Positions 11,395-21,524 of a stretch of DNA of 64,000 nucleotides are shown piece by piece. Position 1 is the first letter of the stretch; each line of letters starts with the position of its first letter. The notes under the pieces were generated by a model. That model saw only the letters and a list, made by a program, of their open reading frames with translations, was not told the DNA's origin and ran no database searches. A program made the position numbers and the translations under genes. The DNA is taken from positions 159,154,001 through 159,218,000 of the forward strand of contig OZ024743.1 in assembly GCA_964016885.1 (NCBI GenBank). The letters are read 5' to 3'. The DNA comes from Eledone cirrhosa. Taxonomy: Eukaryota.

Positions 11395-13488
11395 TTACCG
11401 TACTTTTGGTAGAGGAGGGATGGTTTTTACATCCCTTTTCACTTGATCGTCTGGTGAAGGGACCGTTGAATCGTCCCTTCGGCTGGTCGTCGGCTCTTCT
11501 AAGAGAATGTCTGAATATACTCTTCGATTGATGGTTCCTCCTAGGTCCCTGAAATCACCAACTGCGTTGGGGAATTTCGTTTTAATGTTTGTGTATTGTT
11601 TCTGTGCTATTTTTAGCAGTCTTATGTTAGTTGGCGTTTTGATTGGTGCTGGTATTATGTAGTCCTGTTGTGAAATGTCTGTGTGTTCAATTATGTAAGT
11701 CATTAGTTTCTTGTTGTGTGTGTTTATTGCCGTGCATTTGTTTTTCTGGGGGTGGGGTGTGGTTCTGCTATTTTCTTGTCGTTGTTGCTGGGTGTGTGTG
11801 TTTTGTTGTTGTGTTTGCGATGTTGGTGCTTGTGGTGGTGGTGTTGAAGGTGTTGTTGGCGGTGGGGTTGTCGCCGGTGGTGATGGTGGTGCTGGTGTGG
11901 GTGGTGATGGTGTTGGTGGTGTTGCTGCTGTAGGTCTCTTTGCAGTAGACTTTACCCTTTTCTCATTTCTTTCCTCCCTTTTCAAAGGCGACGATGCGCT
12001 GCTTCTGCGTTTGTGCCTTCTTGCGACCTTTTGCCATCCCTCTCCCACCTCACACTCCATGTCTGATTCTGTAAGGTCGGGGAGGGGTACCAGCTCCACT
12101 CTTTCACTTGTTGTTGTTGGTGATGTTTGCACTGGAGTCTCTGTTGCAGCTGCATTTGGTATTGCTGTTGTTGTTGTTAATATTTCCACTGCTGCTGCTG
12201 TCTTTGATTTCCGTGGAGTGGGTATGGGTGCCACGGACCTATCGTTCCTGGTTGCCGCTTGTCCTGTTGCTGGTAGCCGTGGAGCCGGATTCGGAAGGAG
12301 GGGGGTTTTCTCCTTTCTCAGGGTCTTCTCGTTGCAGAAGGCCCTGAGGTGAGTCTTCGATCCACAGCGAAAGCATTTCGGACGTTTGCCCTCAACACTT
12401 ATGGGCAGTTGAGTGCCGTTATCGAAGTCTATCACATCCGGGATAGCTTCGATGCACTCCTGGTTGGTTTGGATTAGCATCTCAATGGAGGAGCCGACCC
12501 AATCTTCTCTTACTTTTTTCTGTACTTGCAGTACAGTTGTTTTGTCCTCGATTCCGACGAGGACAGACGCGGCCAGCCAAGAAGGGGTCATTCCGGGGGG
12601 GACGTGGGTCAGTTTGACCCTCACAATTTTTTGCCCGCAGTAGGAGGGCACCAACACCATTTCCTCGCTCCTTAGGGTCACTACTGATTGGGCCTTTGCC
12701 TCCTGGGGTGTGGCAAAAAGTACGTCTACGGTGGCGTATTTTTTGCCTCGGGTGATGTGCGTTTTCCTCTGCCACACAGACCCCAAGGCTTTTTGTATTT
12801 GGGCCTCTGTGGCTCTTTCCACCCTACGGGATTTTGTACTTACTGTACGGTACGTGACCGTACAGTGCTCTTGGGTTTCGAAAAAATTTTTCGCTGCCTT
12901 GCAGATTGCTCGGTGTCCGTTCTTTGTCACCATCTTCTTCGCTTCCTCTAATTCCTCATTTGTTATGAGGATTGTTTCCAAGTTTTTCGCAATACCTGCA
13001 AATGAGATTGGTTTTTCTCTGCTGTTGTTGTTGTCGTCAGAGCTGCTGGTACTTTTGTTGCTGCAGGTACTACGACTACTGCCTCCGCCGCTGTTGCTGT
13101 GGTTGTTGTTGGTGTTGCTGCTGCTAATGCTGTTGTTGTTTATGCTGCTGGTGATGCTGTTGCGGCTGCTACTGTTGTTTTCATTGTCACTGTTGCTGTT
13201 GTTATTACGGCTGCTACTGCTATTATTCCTGACGTCAGACGAATGAACTGGGTTTTCGTATTTCCTGCACACCTGTTTCGTCGCTGTCGTCGTCGTCGTG
13301 GAGAAACCTTGCACGCTTTGCACGAGACTTTTCTTTTCTTTCGTCGCTTGCGAAAGAGAAGGGAGGGAGAGAGACACATTTAAAGAAGGGAGGGAGAGAG
13401 ACAATCTTCTCTCTGCTGTAGTGATGATTGAGGAAGAAGAAGACGGAATGAGTGGGAGTGACGTATGAAATTTCTTTTTGGTAGCCAT
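11395..13488 (-). CDS. ORF1 (gag-like nucleic-acid chaperone, about 697 aa from ATG 13488)
   Basis: Open frame with a CCHC knuckle (CFRCGSKTHLRAFC), an RRM-like region, and N/S- and P/T-rich tracts; the ATG is in an aacATGg context. Confidence 0.9.
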   Translation of the reverse strand: MATKKKFHTSLPLIPSSSSSIITTAERRLSLSLPSLNVSLSLPSLSQATKEKKSLVQSVQGFSTTTTTATKQVCRKYENPVHSSDVRNNSSSSRNNNSNSDNENNSSSRNSITSSINNNSISSSNTNNNHSNSGGGSSRSTCSNKSTSSSDDNNNSREKPISFAGIAKNLETILITNEELEEAKKMVTKNGHRAICKAAKNFFETQEHCTVTYRTVSTKSRRVERATEAQIQKALGSVWQRKTHITRGKKYATVDVLFATPQEAKAQSVVTLRSEEMVLVPSYCGQKIVRVKLTHVPPGMTPSWLAASVLVGIEDKTTVLQVQKKVREDWVGSSIEMLIQTNQECIEAIPDVIDFDNGTQLPISVEGKRPKCFRCGSKTHLRAFCNEKTLRKEKTPLLPNPAPRLPATGQAATRNDRSVAPIPTPRKSKTAAAVEILTTTTAIPNAAATETPVQTSPTTTSERVELVPLPDLTESDMECEVGEGWQKVARRHKRRSSASSPLKREERNEKRVKSTAKRPTAATPPTPSPPTPAPPSPPATTPPPTTPSTPPPQAPTSQTQQQNTHTQQQRQENSRTTPHPQKNKCTAINTHNKKLMTYIIEHTDISQQDYIIPAPIKTPTNIRLLKIAQKQYTNIKTKFPNAVGDFRDLGGTINRRVYSDILLEEPTTSRRDDSTVPSPDDQVKRDVKTIPPLPKVR

Positions 13489-13799
13489 GTTTTTTTGTTT
13501 AAAATGAAATTTTGGGTACAAAACCCCAATAACTGGTTATTTAACCCCGAAGGGCCAAATAACGGACAGAAAGACCCCTCTCACGAGGAGGAGGGTGTCT
13601 TTATCAACAATTTGGTTCAAGTTTTAAACAATTTACAATTGTTTTAACGGTTAAAAATTACTATACCTTACAGAGCCGAGCCTCCGTCAACCATGGCATT
13701 CAATAATAATAATAATAATAATAATAAAAATTGTTTCTACCTTAGGCACAAGGCCAGCAATTACCCAGTACATTACTGGTACTTTATAATAATAATAGA

Positions 13800-14330
13800 A
13801 GAAGATACGCACATGGTGGATAGAGTCTTATGGAATCGCTCCCGTAAGATTTTGATTTTTTACATATTTAAAACAACTGTGATAGAATAATTCTTATTAC
13901 AAATGGAACATAAGATACCAGTCTTAACTTTCAGGAAGTGACAACACATCACATCACATAGGGCTCCAATATTTAATATTTAATTTTGTATCAGAAATTT
14001 GATTGTAAAAAAAGTAAATGGTTACAAGCAACAGCCAAATAATTTCAACACCAACATCACCACCGCCGCCCCCACCATCACCACTACCACAAAAAGTTTA
14101 GCCAAATAGAAACCAACGGTTGCAGCAACACCATCACTATAGTACTACTATACCATCACCATCGGCACCACTGCATCATCGCTACCACCACTATTCCCTC
14201 ACTACCACCTGTTAAGAGAGGGATGGTAGTATTGCCACTACACATGACTAGAAGCGAGGAAGGCATCAAAAGATATAACTAGACTGGGTTAGTGACCCGG
14301 TCAAACAGCTAACAACAACAGCATGTATCT
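13800..14330 (+). repeat. Unclassified dispersed repeat, homologous to about 54290-55066 (minus)
   Basis: Shared gcac(a/g)tggtggata(t/g)agt..ttatggaatc.ctcccgtaag…catatttaaaacaa.tgtgata and ttagtgacccggtcaaac; both copies start next to (AAT)n. Confidence 0.7.
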
Positions 14331-14689
14331 CTAAACTCTCTCAAAATGTTTAGTTTAAACAGTAATAATAATAATGATAAGCAGCAAGTCGAAAAAATTA
14401 TAGAACAGAACACAGACAAAACAAATGCAACAACAAAAACAAATTTCAAAAGTTTTGAACGCAACGACCCCCTACCTCCCTCGTAGCTAAAATCAAAAAC
14501 AGCAGCAGCAGCAGCAACAACAACACTCGTAACCGATGTTACGGGCCTTGAAAAACGAAAAACGTACAGGAAAAAAAAACAAACAAAAAAACTAAGTCAG
14601 GTATTCAAACATTAAAATGAAACTTATGTTTATTTTTTTAAGTTTATATCTATTTACTTGTCTATTTATATATGTTCGTCTACAGCGTG

Positions 14690-17600
14690 ATGGTGCCACG
14701 ATAAAATCACCGGGGGGTGATGAACTCACCGGTGGTTATGTAACCATACATTCACGAATCCTCGATATGAGTGTTTAAATGTCGAACCTAAACAGTTCGA
14801 GTAATGGTGAAGAGGAGCCTGGAACGTCATTTGACAGACTCTCACCCAGCAGCAGGGACCTGGCTGTCATCTAAATACTTCTGGTGTTGGAGGAAGAAGA
14901 AGAAGGAAAGGGACAAGAACCAACTGGACGAAAGAATTGAATAGAACTGTCATGGAATGTTACAAGGGAAAAGGCTATAGGAAACGGATGCATAATATCT
15001 GGAACGAGATTGGTCTATTTAAATTAGATGAACAAAAATTGGCCGGGCGGGCTCGGATAATAAGAACTAATGGATGGATAAGCGAGTTGGAACTGGAGGA
15101 ACTGAGCAGAGAGATTAGTTTGGAAATGGAGAGTGGAATAAGTCAGGAAAACGAGCCAGTGGGAAATGAATGTGAAGAGGTTGATAGAATGGAGGAACCA
15201 TCCGAAGCAGACAATGATCTGAATACTGAAATAAATAACATCTGGGACAAAGATACGGCCATTGAGGAAATGAAAGCTGACGGGCTAGGACAAGATTTAG
15301 TTGATATCCTGAACTTAGTGGTAGATGAAATGAACAATGATAATGGGAAACTTATGAACCTAAGATTTGCAGACAGGAACAAATTAAAAGAAACCATAGC
15401 TAATATAAACAAAGTCATTCCATACATTGAGGCGAGGAACCTTCACCAATGCAACAATATCCTCAAAGCAACAGCAAATGCGGTGAAGAAATTACTTGGC
15501 ATAAAAACGAGAGGAAACAACAAACAAGAAAGATCGGAACATTGGTGGAAGAAAAGACTGAATGGTCAAGTCAAGGAAATGATAAATGATATTGGAAAGC
15601 TTGAATCCCTACTGAATGGGACAGTACAAAACATACACACTAAAAATAGACTGGAAATAAAGTACAAAACTAGGCGGAAAAAGCTAAATATTATCATAGA
15701 GGAACTGAAGCAACGCATTGTAGCAAAAAGTGAAAAGATTAGGCGGTATGAGAGCAGAGTCAGTCAGTATAGACAGAACCGCATGTTTGACAACAACCAG
15801 AAGATGTTGTTTGGACAACTTGAAGGGAAAGAAAGAGGCAACGACTTGATCGCTGAGCGGAACAGACTAAGACATTATGGAGAGTAATATGGGAGCAGGA
15901 TGTTGAATATAATGATCAGGCACTGTGGATTGATACAGTACAAAAGGAGATTAGTGAACAAGCACATCAACAAACTGATTTGAGTATCACAGTTGAAACT
16001 CTTAAAGGGCAGGCCAAAAAACTAACCAACTGGAAATCACCAGGCCCAGATGGTGTGCAGGTGTATTGGATTAAAAATATAACATCCCTCCACCAGAAAC
16101 TGACAACCATTTTCAATGACTGCTTGATGTCGGGTGAGGTACCAGAGTGGTTGAGAAAAGGTACCACAGTTCTGGGTATTGATCAAGGGTATTGATGTTA
16201 CCAAATATAGACCTATCACATGTCTGTCCGTATGGTGGAAACTGTTAACAAGCATTGTGTCTGAGGAAATCTACCATCACCTCCACATAAACAACTTGTT
16301 ACCGGACGAACAGAAAGGATGCCGAGAGAAGCTAAGTGGTACAAAAGGCCAGTTACTTATTGATAAGATGGTAATGAGGAATTGCAAGAGGAGACACACT
16401 GGTCTTGCCATGGGATGGATATATTACAAAAAGGCATTCGACATGCTACCTCATTCTTGGATAACCAAAAGCCTAGAGATTTTCAAGGTGGCAGATAACA
16501 TCAGACAATTGTTGAGCAAAAGTATGAAGTCCTGGGAAACAGAGTTAACATTAGGTGGAGAATCCTTGGGAGGCGTGAAGATCAAGAGACGTATCTTCCC
16601 GGGAGATAGTTTGTCCCCTCTGTTGTTTGTCCTTGCCCTGATACCCCTGACATTATACTGCGAAAAGTGAGAGCAGGATAGAATTTTGGAAAAGGAGAGA
16701 TTACCATCAACCACCGCCTCTTCATGGACGATCTTAAACTCTTCGGGAAGAGTGAGAAGGAGCTGTAAGTACTTGTTGACACTGTCCGTATTTTCAGCAA
16801 TGATATATGTATGGAATTTGGTGTTAATAAGTGTGGAGTCCTAGTAAAGAAGAGGGGTAAATTGAGCAGAAGCAATGGAATCGAGGTACCAATAGGCGAG
16901 ATGATAAAGGAAGTTGATACTGGGGCGGGATACAAATATCTAGGTGTTCTGGAGGTAGATGACATCAAGAACAAAAAAATGAAGGAATTGATAAGATCTG
17001 AATACACAAGGAGGGTAAGGAACATATTAAAATCACATCTAAATGTCATAAGTGCAGTAAATTCCCGAACTGTGTCTATTAATAGGTAAAGTGGGATAAT
17101 TCTGAAATGGAATGTTGTTGAACAAAAATAAATGGATAGGAAGACTAGGAAGCTAATGACTATCTACAACATGTTCCACAAGAGGAGTGATGTCGATAGA
17201 CTCTACTTAAAGAGATCTGAAGATGGAAGAGGTCTTATCAGCATAAAGGACTGTGTTCAGATGCAGAAAATCAACCTGCACAAATATGTGACTGACAGTA
17301 GGGAGCCAATGCTCAACATTGTACTGAAAGAGGAGACAATAGACCAGGGGATGTCCAAAGAGGAAATAACAACAAGGAGGAAGAGCAACCTTCATGTAAA
17401 ATCCTTTCATAGTACCTTCTTTAAATAAAACGGAATTCAGAGATCCACAGACATGGAACTGGTTAAAAAGAGGAGACCTTAAAAAAAGCTACAGAATGAA
17501 TGCTAATGGGTGCGCAAGAGCAAGCCCTCAGAAAGAGGTGGGTGAAACACCATATTGACAAGGAGGAGGCTAGCTCACCGTGTAGGATCTGTGGAAAGAA

Positions 17601-18212
17601 AAAGGAGACTGTGGCTCACATTGTATCCGAGTGTAAACACCTAGCCTAGACTCACCATAAAGGCTAGAGACATGATGTGATAGGCAGGGTGATCCACTGG
17701 AATTTATGCAAAGTAAGCAATTTACCACATTCTGAGAAGAGGTATGAGCATAAGCCAGAGTTGGTGATAGAAAACGATCATGTGAAGGTATTATGTGATT
17801 TTACGATACAGACGGACAAGAAATTAGAACACAATAGGCCTGACCTGATGGTTTTGGACAAGGAAAAAAGATCGTTCCTGATTGTAGATGTAGCCTGACC
17901 ATTCGAAACGAGAGTGCAAGAGAAGGAGAGGGTGAAAATTAACCGATACCAGAATTTAAACCGGGAGTTAAAAAGGATTTGGAGCTACCATAAAATCAAG
18001 GTCATTGCCGCAAGAGTTTCCAAGGATGGTTAAAGAAGATTAGTCCATCCCCGCTTTTTGGAACACTACAAAAGGCATGCTTGCTGGGAATAGCAGAATC
18101 CTCCGATACGTCCTGAATGTCTGAGGCTGCAGGTAGCGGCTTGATACTCATTTCAACAAACTTTCCAGTTAAATAACATCAATAACTGAGACTCAAAGAA
18201 CAATAATAATAA
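14690..18212 (+). mobile_element. Near full-length decayed R4/Dong-like RLE LINE
   Basis: N-terminal 316-aa ORF, WKSPGPDG, YRPITCL, KKAFD, GDSLSPLLF, FMDD, CRIC..HIVSEC, RPDL; ends in (AAT)n. Confidence 0.9.
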
Positions 18213-18394
18213 TAATTGTTTCTCCTTTAGGCACAAGGCCAGAAATTACCCAGTGCATTACTGGTACATTATTTTATCGACCCCGTAAGGATGAAAGGCA
18301 AAGTCAACCTCGGCGGGATTTGAACTCAGATCGTAAAGGAACGTAACTATGCTGGAAAGCATGGCGTCCGACCCTCTATCGATACTGCCAATCC
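18213..18394 (-). mobile_element. tRNA-derived SINE
   Basis: Full match to the SINE consensus. Confidence 0.92.
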
Positions 18395-18413
18395 AACAAT
18401 AATAATAATAATG

Positions 18414-19258
18414 CTTTCTTTATTAACCATAATGGTTTACATAAAGTATAACATTAAGGACAGTACAGGACTGTACAGGACGGTACATATGGGCATTTTT
18501 GCGTGTAAAGAAAAAAACAAAGAAAATGACAAAATATAAACAAAGGAAAATTCCCCAATAGGGGGAGACTTCCCAAGGACACTCATGGCGAAAGTCAATT
18601 AAAAAAGCCACGGTGACCCTGACCACCAATGCAAGTGCCCTCTCCCAGTTTTCCACCTTCAATTTACAGGCGCATACTCAGAGCAGGCCCATTCACTCGA
18701 GCCATGCTTGCCTCTCTCACCCATCTTTCAACAAAATGCTGAGAAGAGAGCACTTCCCTCTCTACCCTGATTTTCCTTTTCAAATGAAATAGGTAAATGC
18801 TCGTCTTCAGCCCTTTGAAACGCGTCGACCATACGATCTCTTTCGCCATGGCCACCAGGCAGATAAAAACTGCCTGCCCTTCCTGGCTAAAGGAAGACGC
18901 CGGGGAAATACTCACGATGCGTGACAGCAGGTATTCGACATAAACGCACAAGTCAGTAATGATCGGACATTGGACGAGTACGTGCAGGACGGTTTCGTCG
19001 CCCTGCGCGCATCTCGGACAGGGTCGGTTGACGGCACTTCCATGCCTGTAGAGTTTATCCCGAACTGCCAAAGTTCCTCGGCAGCACTGCCAGGCTAGGG
19101 ATTTCTGGAAGTTGTCCATGGACCCCAGCCCGAAAGTTCTCCCGAAAAGATTGGCCGGTTGATTTTCGTCGGCAGAGTCTCCCCAGGACATGGTCGATAT
19201 TTCCCTCCACTAACCCTGTATAGAACGCCAAGGTGGAGTTTCCACCGATTGCATTGCC
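18414..19258 (-). mobile_element. 5'-truncated Tx1-like copy (family B) with small internal deletions
   Basis: ORF 18664..19191 is homologous to the ORF2 C-terminus; the 3' UTR abuts (AAT)n. Confidence 0.9.
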
Positions 19259-19346
19259 TGTAAGAGCCTGAAGGCAATAAGCTGTTTCTCCGTCTGTTTG
19301 TTAATCCAAGGGGCAAAAGGTTGGAGTGAAAAATCGTTGTTTTTCT

Positions 19347-19424
<78 letters not shown>

Positions 19425-19459
19425 GGGAGAGAGAGAGAGAGAGAGACTTGTGCTTAAAA

Positions 19460-19658
19460 TTCCCGCGGATTTAGTCCACGAATATACTTATGTAGAATAT
19501 GAAACAAATTATTTAAAATAAAGTTATTGTTCAACAGCAATCAAATATTTTTTTTATCTTCACCGAGAAAGTAAATGTAAACATTAGTTGAACAATTTAT
19601 GAAGGTACGTAAGTGATTAAATATTTTTACCGGCAGCGTTGGGACGGCTTTTTACTAG
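19460..19658 (+). mobile_element. Probable Helitron 3' end
   Basis: GC-rich imperfect hairpin ccggcagcgttgggacgg followed by ...CTAG|T at 19655-19659; the 5' boundary is not defined. Confidence 0.5.
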
Positions 19659-19705
19659 TAATAATAACAACTAACTAACTAAATAATTAAATAAATAATC
19701 CATAC

Positions 19706-19763
19706 CTTCCTTTGCTGCGGCTGTACCAAATAAGATCAGTATCAGCATTGTGTGGAGGGCCAT
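19706..19763 (-). CDS. First coding exon of a host secreted or membrane protein: signal peptide MALHTMLILILFGTAAAKE(G); the exon spans 19706-19800
   Basis: Acceptor ttttctgcctctgtcttttcAG (AG at 19802-19801), Kozak tcgccATGG, hydrophobic core with an A-A-A cleavage motif, phase-1 donor AG|GTATGG. Confidence 0.75.
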
Positions 19764-19913
19764 GGCGATGTCTTGCTTTTATCTTTGACCAATGTAGTTT
19801 CTGAAAAGACAGAGGCAGAAAATGTAGTTTTTGGAATATAAGAGCCTAGGTGAATATGTAAACATTTACACACACACAAGCGCACGCTGACACAGACACA
19901 CATGTATTATGTA

Positions 19914-21281
19914 CTAGCATTAAAGCCCGGCGTTGCTCGGGGTCATTAAGTTACCAAAGTTAGGTTGCACCACCCATTTTATGGCAGCACTTTTTTGTCT
20001 GCCAGGCACTGGGTGAATGAATTGCAGACCTGGAAGCAGGAGCTGCGCCAGCAGTGACAATTGTAGTTTCGCCTCGGTGCAAAAAAGTGTTTAAATTTAT
20101 TGTTTCACAGTAATTGCGCAACACGCGCGTAGACGATGCCAGTCGAACAACAGAGCTGCGATGGAGTTGTTCTGCATGGTTGTCTGTGTGTTTTCTAACT
20201 TTAAGACAGTAGGGAGGGTTGTGATATGAGGGAGAGTTAGCTGTTGTTTCTAGCAGGTTTAGTGACCTCATAGAGGATATGTGTTTTCTAAATTTAAGAC
20301 AGTAGGGAGGGTTGTGATATGAGGGAGAGTTAGCTGTTGTTTCTAGCAGGTTTAGTGACCTCATAGAGGATATGTGTTTTCTAAATTTAAGACAGTAGGG
20401 AGGGTTGTGATATGAGGGAGAGTTAGCTGTTGTTTCTAGCAGGTTTAGTGACCTCATAGAGGATATGTGTTTTCTAAATTTAAGACAGTAGGGAGTGGTG
20501 TGATATGGGGGAGAGTTAGCTGCTGTTTCTAGCAGGTTTAGTAACCTCATAGACGATATGTGTTTTCTAAATTTAAGACAGTAGGGAGTGGTGTGATATT
20601 GGGGAGAGTTAGCTGTTGTTTCTAGCAGGTTTAGTGACCTCATAGAAGATATGTTTTCTAAATTTAAGACAGTAGGGAGGGGTGTGGTATGGGGGAGAGT
20701 TAGCTGCTGTTTCTAGCAGGTTTAGTGACCTCATAGAGGATATTATTGTTTATCATTATCTATAAAAGGCAGATTGTTGTTGTTGTTGTTGAAGTGAGTG
20801 TGTGTTTGTATGCGTTTGGAAAAGAGGTTTTAAAAAGATTTATCGCTTGTTGTTGAATAAATGTATCTGTTGCTTTTGAATAATTGTCGTTTCGCATGAA
20901 ATGTAATAATTTGAAGTATAAAAGAGAAAGTAGCAAAATGTGTGGGTTGTAGATATAGGAGCGGCAGATGATATGAGAGAGTAAAACAGACAGTATCACC
21001 ATCAAGCTTGGAAAGAGAAAGTAGCAGAAAGTATGAAGTTGTATATATTTTGAATGGTAGTGGAAAGAGTTTAGCAGTTTAAATGACAGAGAAAAATCGT
21101 AAAATATTGAGTTTTATCTATTTTTTGCGTAATTGTGGGTGAAATTGAAAAAATGAGATGTGCCAAGACGCAATTGAAACTATTTCGAATACTGAATTGT
21201 AAATTTCAATTGAAGAAATTCTATATCGTAGATTTCTATAAGAAAGGAGCATGACCACACACTGAGCTTTATAGATTATGA
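19914..21281 (-). mobile_element. Non-autonomous Helitron carrying a 93-bp tandem array
   Basis: 5' end A|TC(ataatc)tataaagctca; 3' hairpin cccgagcaacgccggg then ctttaatgCTAG|T. Confidence 0.8.
20187..20742. repeat. 93-bp minisatellite, about 6 copies
   Basis: Unit tgtgttttctaaatttaagacagtagggag…gacctcatagaggata recurs every 93 nt. Confidence 0.95.
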
Positions 21282-21286
21282 TGTAT

Positions 21287-21476
21287 AGGGCGGTGGATTG
21301 GCAGTATCGGTAGAGGGTCGGACGCCATGCTTTCCAGCATAGTTACGTCCCTTTATGATCTGCGTTAAAATCCCGCCGAGGTTGACTTTGCCTTTCATCC
21401 TTACGGGGACGACAAAATAAAGTACCAGTAATGCACTGGGTTATTGCTGGCCTTGTGCCTAAAGTAGAAACAATTA
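21287..21476 (+). mobile_element. tRNA-derived SINE
   Basis: Full match to the SINE consensus. Confidence 0.92.
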
Positions 21477-21524
21477 TGTATGTATATACGTGTGTATGTT
21501 TGCATGCATGTATGTATATATCCC

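Larger units (their letters stand above)
7680..13701 (-). mobile_element. Full-length, apparently intact Tx1/L1-type non-LTR retrotransposon (family B)
   Basis: About 210-nt 5' UTR, open ORF1, 34-nt spacer, open ORF2, about 260-nt 3' UTR ending cccttgtggttaataaagaaa; flanked by (AAT)n at both ends. Confidence 0.95.

Noticed and set aside
11643-13383. Long hydrophobic plus-strand ORFs (poly-Leu/Val/Gly)
   Set aside because: Antisense shadows of low-complexity tracts in Tx1 ORF1, not membrane proteins.
19960-20643. 227-aa repetitive ORF; array superficially CRISPR-like
   Set aside because: Pure tandem minisatellite with no unique spacers and no cas genes, in a eukaryotic context.
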